Shown here: positions 38,601 through 53,600 of the stretch, piece after piece
Layout of the letters: each line of letters begins with the position of its first letter
Position numbering within the stretch: the first letter of the stretch is position 1
Assembly: GCA_002633005.1 (NCBI GenBank)
Contig: NMRA01000190.1
Location: forward strand, 62,001 to 126,000
From: Phoronis australis
Taxonomy: Eukaryota > Animalia > Phoronida
Direction of reading: 5' to 3'
DNA: 64,000 bases
Notes under the pieces: model-generated
Told to the model about the DNA's origin: nothing
Seen by the model: the letters and a program-made list of their open reading frames with translations, nothing else
Databases searched by the model: none
Translations under genes and position numbers: made by a program

Positions 38601-41600
38601 AACAATCTTTTTTCAGGTATCAGGTTAGACAGCAAACCTGTCTTCTAATGAGACAGCATGTTGTATTAGACTCCACTCACCTTCACAGTATCAAAATCTG
38701 ATTTGTTACTGTTGAGAAGAGACACAGCTGGGTCCACTAGTTGATCTCGACGTCTGAAACCGACGGAAACTGACAAGGTGAAAAGGAACAAAGAGCCGCT
38801 TACTACACCTTTAAGACAGCGTGTCAATCAAGACCAGCAGACTAGGAGATAACAGAAGAAAGGTCGTGTTGTTAACCTGAGAGCTGATATGGTATTTGTG
38901 ATCACTCATTCGGCAAGTCATCACAATGAAATATCAAAATATTTTGTATCAGGATGTTACACTCTAATTTAGGCCACAAACAGATCCATGTTTAACAGCA
39001 GTGTCACTATGGGCAGTACTTGTACTATAGAGCTCCTTTAATGTGAACAGTTGGATTACAAGGTTCCATGAACTGATAACACTATGTACCAAACAGAGTT
39101 CATCTTTAGCATCTTGGACTAATTAGATTAAAAACCGGACGATCGCCGCACAAATAAAAAAGTTCATGTTCAAATTGATTTAAAGCACTAATTAGAGTAA
39201 TTAGTCTCTGCAAACTTGACTTATTCTAACATCACTCTGTGGTCAATGTAGCTTTATTGGAGAATTCATATGTTATGTCATCCAATATTTGCCACTGTCT
39301 ACCCTTTCCCCCTCCATCATCACGATATAACACAACTCTAATAACTGAGAATAATACAACCAATTGCATGCAGAAAACATCATTTTAGCACAAGCATTTT
39401 GCACTAAATGAACAGTTCACATGAGAAAATTGTTTTGATTCAGCAGGATTGTGAAGGCACAGCACTGCCACGTAATCCACTATGAAGACTAGATTTCGCT
39501 GTATGTGCGACTTACTCATAGTTGGGATCTAAGTAGACACTGAGCAGTGTTTGAAATAATGTCTTCCTGTACATGTCACCCTTGCCCTGAGAGTTGACCA
39601 GACAATATTCCTCCGCGGCCGGGTAGTTCTTCAGTTTATAAACCAACATCCGTATGGCCTTGTCATGTTCTTCAAGCTAAAGGATACAAGCATCAAGTGA
39701 CTTAGACATTAACAAAACAATCACTAAGCTGATGTGGGGTCACAAACGGATTGCAACAAGGTCATTAAAAACACAAATTGTTAAGTCAGACTACCGTTTC
39801 AGTGCACATGCATTGACAATCATACACCAGTATGTGGGTGCATACTATACTCACTTAAAGAACTTATTCCTATGCACAGTTTATATGACAGTATTACCCA
39901 TACATTTGATTTAAACATTTTAATGACACTTCAGAGTCCAATTCTAGGGATTTCATCTTTGTGCTGCTGTGGGTTTTTCAAATGCATTCTGGGATGGTTT
40001 TCAGCTCGTAAACATGCGGTGACATCACAGATAATTTGTGGCCACGTTCTTTCATTGATAATTTGCATTTTAGGAGGTGAACTTAAACTTCAGTAAGCTG
40101 ATGTGTGCCTCAAGAATCTTTGAAGAAATAGATTTGCAAATCTATGTCAACACACTCTGAGGCTTTCTGTCAGTCTTTTATTTTTTGTACGATAGCAGCT
40201 TAGTCGTACTTGCACCAAAATCTAGTTGTAGTGGATGCAGGCTTTCAATTCCCATGCGCTAAAGTGATCAATTTTGTTTTCCAACATATTATTAATATGT
40301 CACCCAGTTATCTGTGATGCCAGAGGATGTTTATGTGCCAAAAACTGTCCCACAATGCAATTGAAAAATGACAATCAATGTTGCTGGTAAGTAAGGCTTG
40401 TCATAAGAAACCTGGTCATGCCATAGAGCTCAGATTGCAGCAGAACATGATTGGAAACACTGTTGGGTGGTTGTGACACGTGAGGTGGAGTATCAATTCA
40501 CAAATGGTTGTGACACAGTGTGATGAGGCTTTACAAGAACACGCCTCCTACCTTCCCGTGTAGTATTGCACATTCTTCATAAAACTCTGTCTCCTTGACT
40601 TTGCCCAGTATTAGTTGCACCCTGTATAAATTGGAAGACTGGAGCATGCTTTGTAGTTTGGACCTGCGGACAACAAATGCGAGACAAGGGGGAATGAACG
40701 TGAATCATATTAACTGTAAAACAGATGTCTTGATGTGAAACACAAAGTGGATTTTAACAATCATTTTTTTAGAAAATTAATCAACATTGCGGGATTTCAG
40801 AAGTAACCTGAAGGATTTTTCAAATCTTGGAGGATTATAAATAACAATTGTGCCAATTTCTAAATTGAAAATATTCCAAATTTCTGATTTGGAATATCCC
40901 ATTGCCATTTTAAAATCTGTCTATTACCTATTACAGAACAAAGGACCAATAGATTTCTTCTATGCTGGCTCCAGTGAACCTTTTGGTTACCAAACATTTT
41001 ACAGCAAACTACCTGAAATACTAACTCCTGATCTTAAAAATTAAAATGGGTCTAAATGAAAAATTAAATAATAAATGAAATTGCAATAAACGTATAACCT
41101 AGCAAGTGATTCAAATTTTAAGCACTGAAGACCTTACCTTGCCTGTGTGAACTGTTCAGTGTTGCTCTTGTCGTCAGCTTTTAACTTAAGTACCTGGTCT
41201 AAATACAGCACAGCTAGATGGGTGTGGTACTTTTCCTTCTGTTAAGTACAGCAAATTGTGAATTATTATTTTTAGGACGCAATAACAAGGTTAAACATTT
41301 GTCTCTGTGTCAAATATAGTGGACCGACAAACTGTTATTTTGGACCCCCGACATTCAGTTGATGATAAAAGTATGTGATATGGTATGAATGTTATCTAAA
41401 TTTCAATATATCAGCCACTAATATGAGTTTCACAGCAAGGAAAACAACCTGGGAGTTCTGAAACAGTACAGATGAGTGCACATGCGCTGCAGAATTTTGG
41501 TATCGAAACGAGTCACTGTATTAAGTCAGGTATTGACATGAGAGTATATTTCAAGAAATTCAGAATTGACATGGGTGTTTTTCTCAATTCATAGCTATTA

Positions 41601-44600
41601 AAATGTGTTGTTGGCTTCATGGAAGCACGTCTGAACTCATTACTTTCTGAAGATTCTCCCTCCAAGCAACCACAAATCTCTTCTCATTTTGCAGAAAAGG
41701 CTCTAACATAAAGTAATTTTCAGTAAACTACTGAGCATGGATCAGACACGATTATCAGCAATTTGTAATAGAACAGAAACCACAATACAAACCTCAAGTT
41801 TTTTCTCTAAAACAAGATACTCCAGGTATGCTACCACAGCCTTGGGGAACCTATGCAGATAGTCAACTATAGTATCCGTTCTCATGCGTTCAGACACAGC
41901 TTCCTCAGCAGGGCGGCATGTGAAGATCTGCAAAGGAAAGCAACAATAACGGTTACCGTATTTGACAAGTCGAGCTCTTATGCTCAAATGAGGGCGCAGT
42001 TTTTGCGCATGCAGCAATCTCTTAAATAGGCCAGCCTTTTGCATGAATCTTTAAAGATTAGAACATGCAAACGACCATTCGAGTTCAATCCAAGTGATAC
42101 CACCTAAACCATATAGTTTTGTTGAATCAACAGGCTGAACCCAACGGGCAATGCCATATCTTTGCTTTCACTACATTTCACACTGTGTGCTTATTTGGGC
42201 TTTTTAAAGGTTATTTTGAGGTCTTTGTTTTTGATTTTTTAGAGCATAGAACACAGTAATTCACCTGTCTTATCCCAACACAACCATACAACATACCACT
42301 AGAACGCTGAGCCCTACCTAAAGTTCATCAGCCAGTTCAACAATGTCACTTATTTGCACATATTAGCAGCAAGATATCTTGGATCACGCAAGAATACAAC
42401 GAGCAATGTGGCTGTTTTCAGACCACTAACTCCATAATTCAACCTTCTGAGAAACCTTCTCATCTCTTTCCATGGTGGTCACTCCACTAGTAACGGCTGG
42501 TATGCTCGACTGTTTACACAGGAAACATCTAGCAGTATTTGGTATTAACTAACATGATTTAGAGTGACCAGGCCAAAGAATCCTTCTCAACTGCCCCCAA
42601 CCTTACTTTCACAGCCAGCTCTTCATCTTTCTGCAGTGCCCAGTCAGCGTACTTCCACACCAAGGAGTGATCATTTAAACTGAGGATAAAACCCGATACT
42701 GTATTGAAAGCACGTCATAGATTTCACATTTTAAAGCTGTATTTCACCTTCTATAGGCGGCAAAAAACAAAAATCGAATTAGGCCTTTGGCCTCATAAAA
42801 TTGGCTTTACAGTATTCTTTACTGAGATAGTGTTCTATTTCTATTTACCAACTAGTACATCGAAACCATCAGGGGTCAGAAAACCCTAAAATCGCATTGC
42901 TTTTAACTTGATTTGTTAAGGGAAATTGAATCCTATCATGGTAAGGAATAATACTCATTCTTGTTGATTCAATTTTCCTTTTTAGCCAGGGTGAAATGCA
43001 GCTTTAAACGAACCCAATTAGAATACTACAAAATGATACACTAAATGCATTAAAAATTTACATTTTGTGTTTTACTAAATGCTTCCCAGGTGTCACCACC
43101 TTCTCTATTCATTCTACATTGTGTCCAACTGTAGACTGAAAGCTGGGACTCTTGAAAGAACCGAAGCCTGGACTTGCCCTAAAGACACATTAACCTACTA
43201 CCTGATGATCACACAACCCCATATTGGTGACATTTTGATATTACGAGGTTACACACAGATTTTCCCACTTCCTACAAAATTAATATGAGAGTCCAAGCAT
43301 TGAGAGATCCCATGAGTCATACTCAAGTGACTGGTACAATATGCCCCACCTTGCCATCTACATGCAAGCCAGCCTGCAAAGGACGAGTCACATGTCTCAC
43401 TTTATTCATTCTAAGGGACCCACATTGTGCATTTAACTGACAATGCCTTCCACTCCCTGCCAAGAGGCAAGTACGTATTTGTAGGAAAAGTCCCTGCAAG
43501 AGACATATCCAGTCACCTGTCAAAACTTGATTCAGGTGCAAATTTAGTGCATTCCCAGGGCATTTGTCAGAACATGGTAAAAAAAATATTCCATATTTAA
43601 AAACAACTGTCAGTGGTGGTCAAACAAACTCACTTTGATAAAATATCGACGACAAGATCCAGACCAGGGAACAGACTGTCCTCCACTTGTCCATCTACGA
43701 TCCTGTAAAATGAAGGTGACAACAAGCATCAGTTCTGTAATCTATTGGGTTTATTTACAGTCTGCCTATTTATATCTCAGCATGATTTGTTGAGCGATTT
43801 CAACACCGCCTTTTGGGGTCTTTCAGAGTTCACATACATGATACACATATGGTCGATGATGAGCACTTTTCTGGGACTTTTTTGCATTTTTCCTTCAGGA
43901 AAGATGTGGTTTGAATCATGAATACTTCCACTGTCAGTCCAGCACTCTAACCACTAGACTACAGTGTCATCCACCTATTTCAAGGCAATAACTTCCACAG
44001 GAGAGGTAGCCAGGAGTCAATGCATACTAGACTGACTAAGACATTGTCATTCAGCTTCATATATAGAAGGAGTGGCTTAATGACAGTGACTCGGGACAAC
44101 TGGCAAATCACATTACAACAACAAGAACAAGAGACATACAGAGCATTGAAATGTGCCCACGAATGCACTCCAAACGGTGTGCTTCTAGAAGTGTTTATTT
44201 GGAACATAAAACTGACTACGTCGAATCCATCTGAAAACTGGTATGTGTCATCACAGCTATTTATCAAATTTCATAAAGATCCATCAAGGAACTTCTAAGA
44301 AAAAGACTGAGGAAAACGAAAAATGAAATTGCGACTAGGAGGCTATAGGTGAAAAAACATAACTGCCACTAAGAGGTGCCACAGTAGATGAAATCGTCGG
44401 ACAATCATCGTCAGACTTCCTCTTCACATTAGGAATATACATGTCAATTTCCACAGCCATCCTTAGAGTGGCTTGGTTGACAGAGGGGCAGACGCCAAAT
44501 AACAAGACTCAAAGACAGCAAAAATGGCCACTAGGTGGTGCAAAATACCTCAAATTTGTCCCAAAATGGGAGGATAATGTCAGCTTACTAATATATGCCT

Positions 44601-47600
44601 ATTTGCCAAATTTTATGAAAATCCGTTGAGGACCTTAATTTGAAGATACAGAGGGGAAATCAAAAAACTAAATTTGCCAGAAGGGTGCACACCGTTAGTA
44701 GGATCCATCCGAAAGTCGTCATTTGTTGTCAAAATCATTTAAATACACTTGCTAAATTTAATAGAGTTCCTGCAGAGGGTTTAGGAGATACAGCCATGGG
44801 CGTAAAAAACTGCCATTAGGAGGCGCTAGAGTTGTCGAGGTCATCGTACAATCATCATCAGCCCTCCTCTTCACATTAGGAACATACATGCCAATTTTCA
44901 CAATCATCCTTAGAGTGGTTTGCTTGACAGAGGGGCAGATGACTCGAAAACAGTAAAAATGGCCACTAGGTGGCTCAAAATGCCTCAAAGTCAACTGAAA
45001 ACCGGACGATAGCATCACCTCACTAATAGATGCCTATCTGCCACATTTTATGAAAATGCGTTGATAACCTTTGAAAATAAAGGTAAACGAAAAAAAATAA
45101 AATTGACACAAGGGAGCACACCGGTAGTCCCATCCATCCGAAAGTCGTCGTCAACCGTGGACAGCTTCATAGGAACACATCTGCCAAATCTCATCAAGAT
45201 CCTGTGAGGGTTTAAGGAGATACAGCAAAAAAGTGTATTTATGATGACATAATCACAACACATGACCTATTTCTGTCCCAGTCATGACTCAAACTTAGGG
45301 ACAGTCTGCAACAACAAAACCGTCAACTTTCTCCATAAATAAACTGTCCCGCCTTGTATTACAAGACTCTTGGGAAGAAAACAGTTGGTTTAGTTCCTGT
45401 CTCACAGACCCTTGATACAGACTCACTCTTACCTCTGCCACACTTGCAAGGCCTGTTCATAGTGTCCCTGAGCCTTGTACATGATGGCCTGACAGTGGTA
45501 GTGGTGATACTTGTTCAGCCACGTCACTGCGTCATGGGGGTCACTTTGGTTGTCATGACTACTGATAAGAGTCACCAGCTGAGGCAAAGACATCTCCGCG
45601 TAAAGTTTAAGTAGCGCTGTGTCTATCTCCTATAGAACAGACAGGAATAAGTTGATGACAAGCAAGACATGGGGAGGTCAAGTCAAGGTCAGCAATTATT
45701 GTTTAAAATATTTTTGGGGGGAAAGATAAACCATTTCTCAAAAACTACGCAGATCTTGATATCAGAAACCATAATTTGCAAACATCCAAACAGATGTAAA
45801 CAAACTCATTTACAAGAATTTGTAATATGCTCAATTCGTTTTGTGAAATTCTTGTAATGGTGAAGTGTTGCTGATAACAAAATAACGAACAAGTGGTGCA
45901 GAATATCTTGGTTTCTCATCCTTCATGAATAAACATTTACACCTCAACACCTTCAGGTAGAATGAAATTCTCGCGATCATATCACCTGGTTCTGTAGTGC
46001 ACAGAAGATGTCATGTCATTTGTGTGATTTATGTACTAAACATCTCAAGTTAATACAATTTAGTAGTTATAATTTCTTTTGGAATGACAAGAGTTTAACC
46101 TTACCACTCTGTGGTCAGCTGAACTTCTGTCGTGACGGATGTCTTCGAGATAAGACACTAAAAAGTCCTTGAATTCCTGAACGCACGACTGGTCACCTCT
46201 GGATAGTTGATTTATGTCAGCAATGTCATGCAAGAGTGGAACTGAGCGGGTGAAATTGGAAACGGTTGGCAAGAGGTGTGGATAAACATTAATGAGCTGA
46301 AACAAAATCAATGTTTAGCATTACATATATGCATGAAGCTGCAGAGACAATCCCTGATCTGCATTTGGTCAGTAATATAATCTTTGTTGAAAACTGTCAA
46401 ACACAAAGTCCAGTTTGTCACTTTGTGTTAATGAAGGGCTGCTACCAGCCTGCCAGACAAAAAAATTGTTTTTAAAAACAATGTACGCCGTTTTGAAAAA
46501 CAGCTAATTAAATCATTGTGTTGATATCTAGCACTTTGCTGCGCATGGCCAATTTAAAAGATCTTTCGAGCTGTTCACCATTTAGCCGCTAACACGTTGT
46601 AGGTAATTAAGGAATTAAAAAGTTATGACCTGCTGAACATTTTCAAGTAACAAAACTACATCACCATCAATTCCATATTGTGTGTTAAAAGTGTTTCAAC
46701 AGCCAAGAATGGCAGACAAGAAATGGAAGGAAAGAATCTCAACATTCATAGATCACAGACGACATATTCGCTACTCCAATATTTCTGATGGAATTCCCAG
46801 ATGAGCCGCCACTCTCTGCCAGTGCACAACTCATCTACTGGTTAGTGAGCAGACCGCGTACTTGCCAGAAGCAAAACGTGCATCACAACAGGTGCCTCCA
46901 CTAAATAATGACATCGCGGCCAATTGTGTTGGTCGCGGCTTGTTGAGCGCATGATCACAAAGTTTGTTCATTGAGAACGTACAGATTTGGTGGTCCATGT
47001 ACTACACACAATATAAGCATGACTTTCATATTTTTCTTCCTGAACACAATTCTACATGCTTGTACCTCTCGGACGTCCACGCTGCCTTCTTTAAACAGAC
47101 CACGTGCCTTCTCGAACTGACGTTGAGAAAACTCAATGAAGCCAGCCTGCTGCTGGATTCGTTGGAAAGCCTGAGAGAGGAAAACACAGCATATAAGACC
47201 AGCAATACAGTGTACACAGGAGCAAACTTAACAAAGACCCATCCAGATGCTTATTCCCCTCCACACTTCCACCCCGCTGCAAAATCTTTCCTTTGAATTT
47301 AAGCAAATTAGCATTCTTAATTATGCATGAAGAAACCATGGACTGAATGGAGTACATAGATTGCCTGAAAATTTATCACAACTAACTTCATTTATGTCAG
47401 TTTGCAGTATGTGATTTCCACAAGACCAAGTTACTACTGCGAGGGCTTTACATTCTGATTTGCAATTCCGATAGAAAACTTTATTTTTCTATCATTCAGA
47501 TAAGAAAATTTGGCTGTTTGAACGTGTGACCAACAAACCACAATCTATTCTTGCTCATGAACTTTTTGCCAAATCTTAGTTCTGGACACAGGAAACAAAA

Positions 47601-50600
47601 CGGGGGCACTTTCAGAGCGCTTTTCTCCCCAATTAAACAAAACAGTTACAATTACAAAAATTTACTCGCTCTATCTCATCACATCATATAATCTTTTCAG
47701 TGACATAATTAATAAGACATCACTGTGTTGAAAAAACTTGTTTTAGCGGAGCTCCAATCTAATTTTTTAACAAATATGCAGCTTTCCAGACCCTCTGTTG
47801 TGATGAAACACAAAACATTCACCGTTCCATAAACAGTCAAGTTTCACAAGCTTCCCACTTAAAAAAACATTAGTCGTTATTTCTATTCCCATATACTGGT
47901 GCTCCACATGCTATGTAAGTCACTTTTATTCAACAACGGTAACGTGCCGATTTTTATACAACAAATTTTGGCTAAATCAGACTCAAGTGTCCCATTCCAA
48001 CTGCATGCAAATATTTGTTTAATCATCATCATAACATAAGATGTGGAGACCTACATGTATAATAATTTTTAGTTCAACTGTATGCTGACCTGTTGAGATT
48101 TCTCCTTAGTAATGCCAGGTTGCCGTGCATTCTGCGCCAATTGCAGAGCCTCGCTGACTCTCTTGTCAGCCAACAGGCTCTGAATCTGTTTCTCGATAGC
48201 GATTGGTACGAGGGCGTAGATTTCCCTGCTAGAGCACACAAACAGTTTGCCATCGAAGTCACCCAGCAATATTCCCCCCTGGAAAGGCAATGCCTGCTTC
48301 TGTTGTTGATCTAAAATACTAGAAAGTTGAACATTGTGACAACCTCAAGTGCATAATTACAACTGCTTAGGTCAGACATTGACTTGCAGTTGCTGTGAGT
48401 GTTCCTTTCATCAAAAAGTTTTTAAATAAGACAACTTATCGCTATAGAAATTGCTCCAGTTAATTCTTAGCTTGGCAACAACTGATAAATTGTCATTTTT
48501 TTATACCAGGCTCGGTGCTTAAACTGACCTTCCGTGATGAGCCAAGTTCCTGTGCCTAGGGCCCATTCCAAGAAACTGACTGAAGTTCATTTTATATTTA
48601 GTCAAACTTAAGAGAAAACTTAAGTCAAACTTAAGATCACTTTCTTGGAACGGAATTAAGTCAAATTGAAGTTTCATCTTAAAATTTTGACTTAAATTTA
48701 AGATTTGTCTTAGCTAAGTCAATTTTCTTGCAACAAGACCCTGGTCTCAAGCCCAAAAATTACCTCTAACCTAAGTAAGGGTCAAGCTGAGACCATCAAA
48801 TGGTCTAAATCAAAACTGGCTTAAGTGGGACTTGCACGCTAATTCCTTATCTCTGTGATTGCTCAGCCAAATTAGTTAGACACACAAAATATAGCAATGA
48901 TGTGAATATTAAGTAGGTTGAAAATTGCCAAATGTCTTTAAGAACAAGTTTTGTGGTGAAAATGTTCAGCCACAAATCACTGAATCGTGGGACCAGTAAG
49001 TATCGTGAAGGGGTGCTAGGGAATAACACTGTATGGTGCGGGCTATGTGAGCTCGCGAGGTACGTCATTAGTGCAAAGGTCACCTATTTTGTTTTCACAT
49101 TTACAAGTTGTCAATGAATACAACTGCACTTTGTTTAGCATAGATTATCTTCAAATAGTGTTGTCATTTAGTTCCTACTATACATTAGCATAGCCATTAG
49201 CATGCAGATACATCCTTAAGTTATATTTGACAGTGGGCAGGTTTATTGCACCTTAAACCAATTCCCAGAAAAGTAGGCATAATGAGAAGGTAGCTCATTC
49301 ACTGAAAAATGAAATACACAATTGTGAGACAATGGAATAAGAGGTCATTCAGCGGAGGAGAAGGTATCATTGAGGTGCATTCAGTGCTTAACCACTGAGA
49401 ACCCACTAAAGTACAATAAAGAAAGCTGTTATGGAATATTCCCTCACTGAATGCAGGTAGGTTTCCAAATGCTATGATTAATATCTTCAAGTAGAGAATA
49501 TTCCCTGCACTTCATGACCACTCCCCCATGTAATGTAAGAGTTGAATCATCTGATCATTCATTGATGTCAGGACTACTCTGTGCAATCTGTCCGCGAATC
49601 TTTCCAGAATGTAGGAACCAGGCCTTAGACATGCACCACTCCTGTGATCTGTACCTGTGAACTGTAATAAACTCATCATTCAGTGCCAGGATGTAGGGGT
49701 GTGTGTAGCTGACAGACACTAGATTTTCACTCCATTGTAATGGCGGTCGCTGTGACACACCTTCAGATGTGACAAACATTCCCAGAGCCGACGGTCCACT
49801 CAATAAAAACTCCTCCTGAATATAAAGAAGAATAGACATACACTCTACTGGCGAACAGTGGCACCATCTATGTTTTGTATGTGACATTAATTATAAGATG
49901 CTAAAACATAAACAACATCATAAACAAAAACATCAGCTTATTGTAACACTAAATGAAAAAGCAACATGGCTAAAGGAGTACAAGATAAATACACTGTTAT
50001 ACAACTGTGCAGGAAATAAAATTCAAATAAAACAGAGTTAATCGATATTGTTAAGAAAAGGGGCACTTATTTAGCAGCCTTTTGGTACATCAAAATCAGG
50101 TCAAAGTTCGACATTGTCAAGTTATTTTTGTTCAATATTTCATCAAAAATTTTTATTAGCCATTGTCAGAAAAAAGAAATCATAAACAAATTCAATTTTC
50201 ACACAATTATAATCGCTGTCGCTTCAGTACTGTAACTTTTATAAAACTGCTTGGCAAAAGACTTAACCAGTCTATTATAGAGAACAAACTGACAAATATC
50301 TCACATTCAGTAATCGAAGCTAATTCTCTGATTATATTAATGTTCTCCAAGATTTCTGTCGTAACTTCTAAAAAAGAAAGATTACTTCCACGGAATTTCC
50401 TTATTTTTTGACATTTGTTGATTGAAAAACCAATTGAATGCTGAGTATGTACCTTATTAATGCGCTTCACAAGAGGCATTGTGTGTTGACATTCGTGCGG
50501 GAACAGGTCCTGCATGTGATTTGTCTCGTAGTTCAAGATCATGCACTGCGATGTCATGGCAACGCAGATGAACTTGCCATCGAACGCCTGCAAATAATCG

Positions 50601-53600
50601 GTGCCGCTATCGATAAGGCACAAAAAATGTCTGTGTGTTCTAAACGCCAGTCCATTTTGAAACATGTTTAGAAGGGACCATGGCATCCATTCTACAATTC
50701 AATCCTCCGTACAGTAGAGAGACCGTGCAAAATCAATGTAGTTTAACTTGCCAAGCCCTCACTGACACATGGTACATATCAAGCAAAAGGATTGCAGTGA
50801 AGTCTCACCAGTTTATTGCATAATGCGATTGACAGGTGAAATTTTGTTCTCATTTTCTCCTACAAGTAGCATAAAATCACTGCTTTACCATGTCCACATT
50901 CTGTACATAAGCTACCACCACAAATGTAATTTTAGGCAAACACTTTATAAACAATTCTCATCATTTTTTGATACTTTACAGTAATAAGCTTAAACACTAG
51001 CAAATGACCTGTACCAAAGTAATGTGATAACCACACAGAGATCCGACACATCAGACCTCTGCCAGATCTTTCTGTTCAGTACTAATTGCCTGTTCAAATA
51101 ACGTCAAGCCAAGCTTACCATGGTTAGAGGAGTTTCTGGTGTTGACAGCTCCTTAATTAATATCATTCGATCCTCTGTGACTGTGAAGACCTGGAGAGCC
51201 TTCTTCTTCAAACCAACACAAATCTATCATATAAATACATCAGCAAATGAAAAGTGGCAGTCATGGCTGTAGCAGAAACAAGGTGTTGATGTTATGCTGA
51301 CAAATCGAAATGCAAATTAATTTATCAGTAGGCACAAAATGATGTGCTATAAAAATTCAAGAATGCCGATTACATTCAAGATGGTGGAGGTGATTATTTA
51401 TCTAGAAATTGGCAGTGAAATTGACTGAAAATCATAACAACTCGTTCTAAGTAACTTTGTGAAAGGTGCAATTTGAGAAAATATTACAAAGTTAGTACCT
51501 AAACACCGATTTACAAGTCAACAATGTTTAAGCGACATGTCCTTAGGGCTGTTCCAGCAAAATCTGTATGGGAGGGGGGAAGGCACTTTTATTTCGTACC
51601 TACCGCCCGTATTTTTCATTTATTTCTCCAACCCATGACCCATAATTTTTTAATTATTTTTAATATGTTAAAATATAAAATCCAACACTTGCAAACAAAT
51701 TGCCTCCAGGAGGACCTGTTAAGAACTTAGATGACTGACAGACAAGAACTAGTTGTCTTGTCCAATATTGTCAAAAACTAAAGTAGCCTGTGAGCAATAC
51801 TTTTGGCAGCCACCAGGTGTCTCTGTTCACCATGTGTCTATAATTTCAATGAACATTTTTTCATTTATAAGGATCTATGAATCTCAAACTGTCTCCACGA
51901 ACTCTTCTATACTTCTATGTCAAGTGAATATTGGAACTTGTTTATCTTACTCCTCATACTTTTTATTTAAAAATCATCAATTTTCTTATATGTGTTAACA
52001 CCAGTTCAGTGTTGCATAACTTTTCAATTCAATAGGACTGCAGACGAACAGTTGGCTCAAATCAAGTTGCCCATGACTTGATTAATGGCTTAGTGAACAT
52101 ATTGCACTCTGTTCACTGGCAATATGGGCTTTTTTGTATTTGGATAAGTTAGGACAGTTGCATTTTTTTTTGAGTTTTTATGGCTGAAGTAACCAACCTA
52201 TTAACAGGTCAAAAAATACCACCCATTTTTAATGCATCACTTCTTACAGAACGACCACCCATAATTTGAGTTTTTTTCTGAATACCACCACCCATGAATT
52301 TTTATTTCTAGTGCCGTCCCCCCCTCCCACACGGATTTTACTGGAACAGCCCTTAATAAATTATCAATGTCAACTTTAATGCTTTTTTAAAGTCACAAAA
52401 AACCCAAGACAATAGAAAATAATCAATACACAATACCTAAAAGTAGTTTTAAACTAGTGGAGCGCATGGAATATTGACACACTTTGACTAAGGAGACCCA
52501 CCTCGATACTGAAGGGGTTGTTGCTCGTTGGGTTTTCATTCAGACAAAACGATACAACACCTTTAACTTTGATGTTCCCTGCTGCTGGCTGTAATTAAAT
52601 CAAAAAATTTACACAATCAAATTGTCCTGCTTACCCCAAAAGACACAATTCATGCTTCAGGGACATGAGGAAGTCGCGTGTATTGGCACGAATTTTCTGC
52701 ACATTTGATCTCAACAAGTTCAAGGCAAGAACATTTTCTAATAACAACTGACTACTGAGGTCAAGATATTCCCATTAGAATAAAAGTTCAAAGAATAAGA
52801 AAAGCGATATCATGCTTTAACACTAACATTTAACAACCATCAATGAAACTGCTTCTGAAGATACAACATAAGACATTCCATGTAACCAATGACACACAGC
52901 TTCTTTTTATATCGCACAATCAAACTTATAGGTAAAGATTTTCATTTACTCTCAACACAATCAGGCAGTCTGGCTTGTGAATACTCAGGTTGGTACCTCT
53001 CAGAACAATTGTATCTCTGTGGCAGTACCAGAATAGCATTATTCCTCACAGGCTTTTGGGAAAAACATAGGTTTGACAAAATTATTGCGGTAACATACAT
53101 ACAAAGAAATTGTGTCTGCACTGTGAGTGCCTTTTTACTGTTTACTTAAACCTAAGTGGTTGTCTTCATAAGCCTGTATTAACCAGAAGTCTATCAACCT
53201 GAGAGAGCTCAGAGACTTACCACAAGAGAATCATACAGATACCTCCAGGTCTATCACCCACATTGATCTCAGTGTGTTATCATCAAGTACCAGGAGCCTT
53301 ATCCCCAGTCCCCAGATCCATCACCTTAAGAGGACTCTGGGTCTTATAACACAGCATCAAGACTTTACTTTCATGTCTTTCATTTTTATAAGGCTCAATG
53401 TGTTATAACATAGCATCAAAAGTCTTACCTCCAAGTCAATCATGTTAAGAGGGCTCAATGTGTTATAACATAGCATCAAAAGTCTTACCTCCAAGTCAAT
53501 CATGTTAAGAGGGCTCAATGTGTTATAACATAGCATCAAAAGTCTTACCTCCAAGTCAATCATGTTAAGAGGGCTCAGTGTGTTATAACATAGCGTCAAA

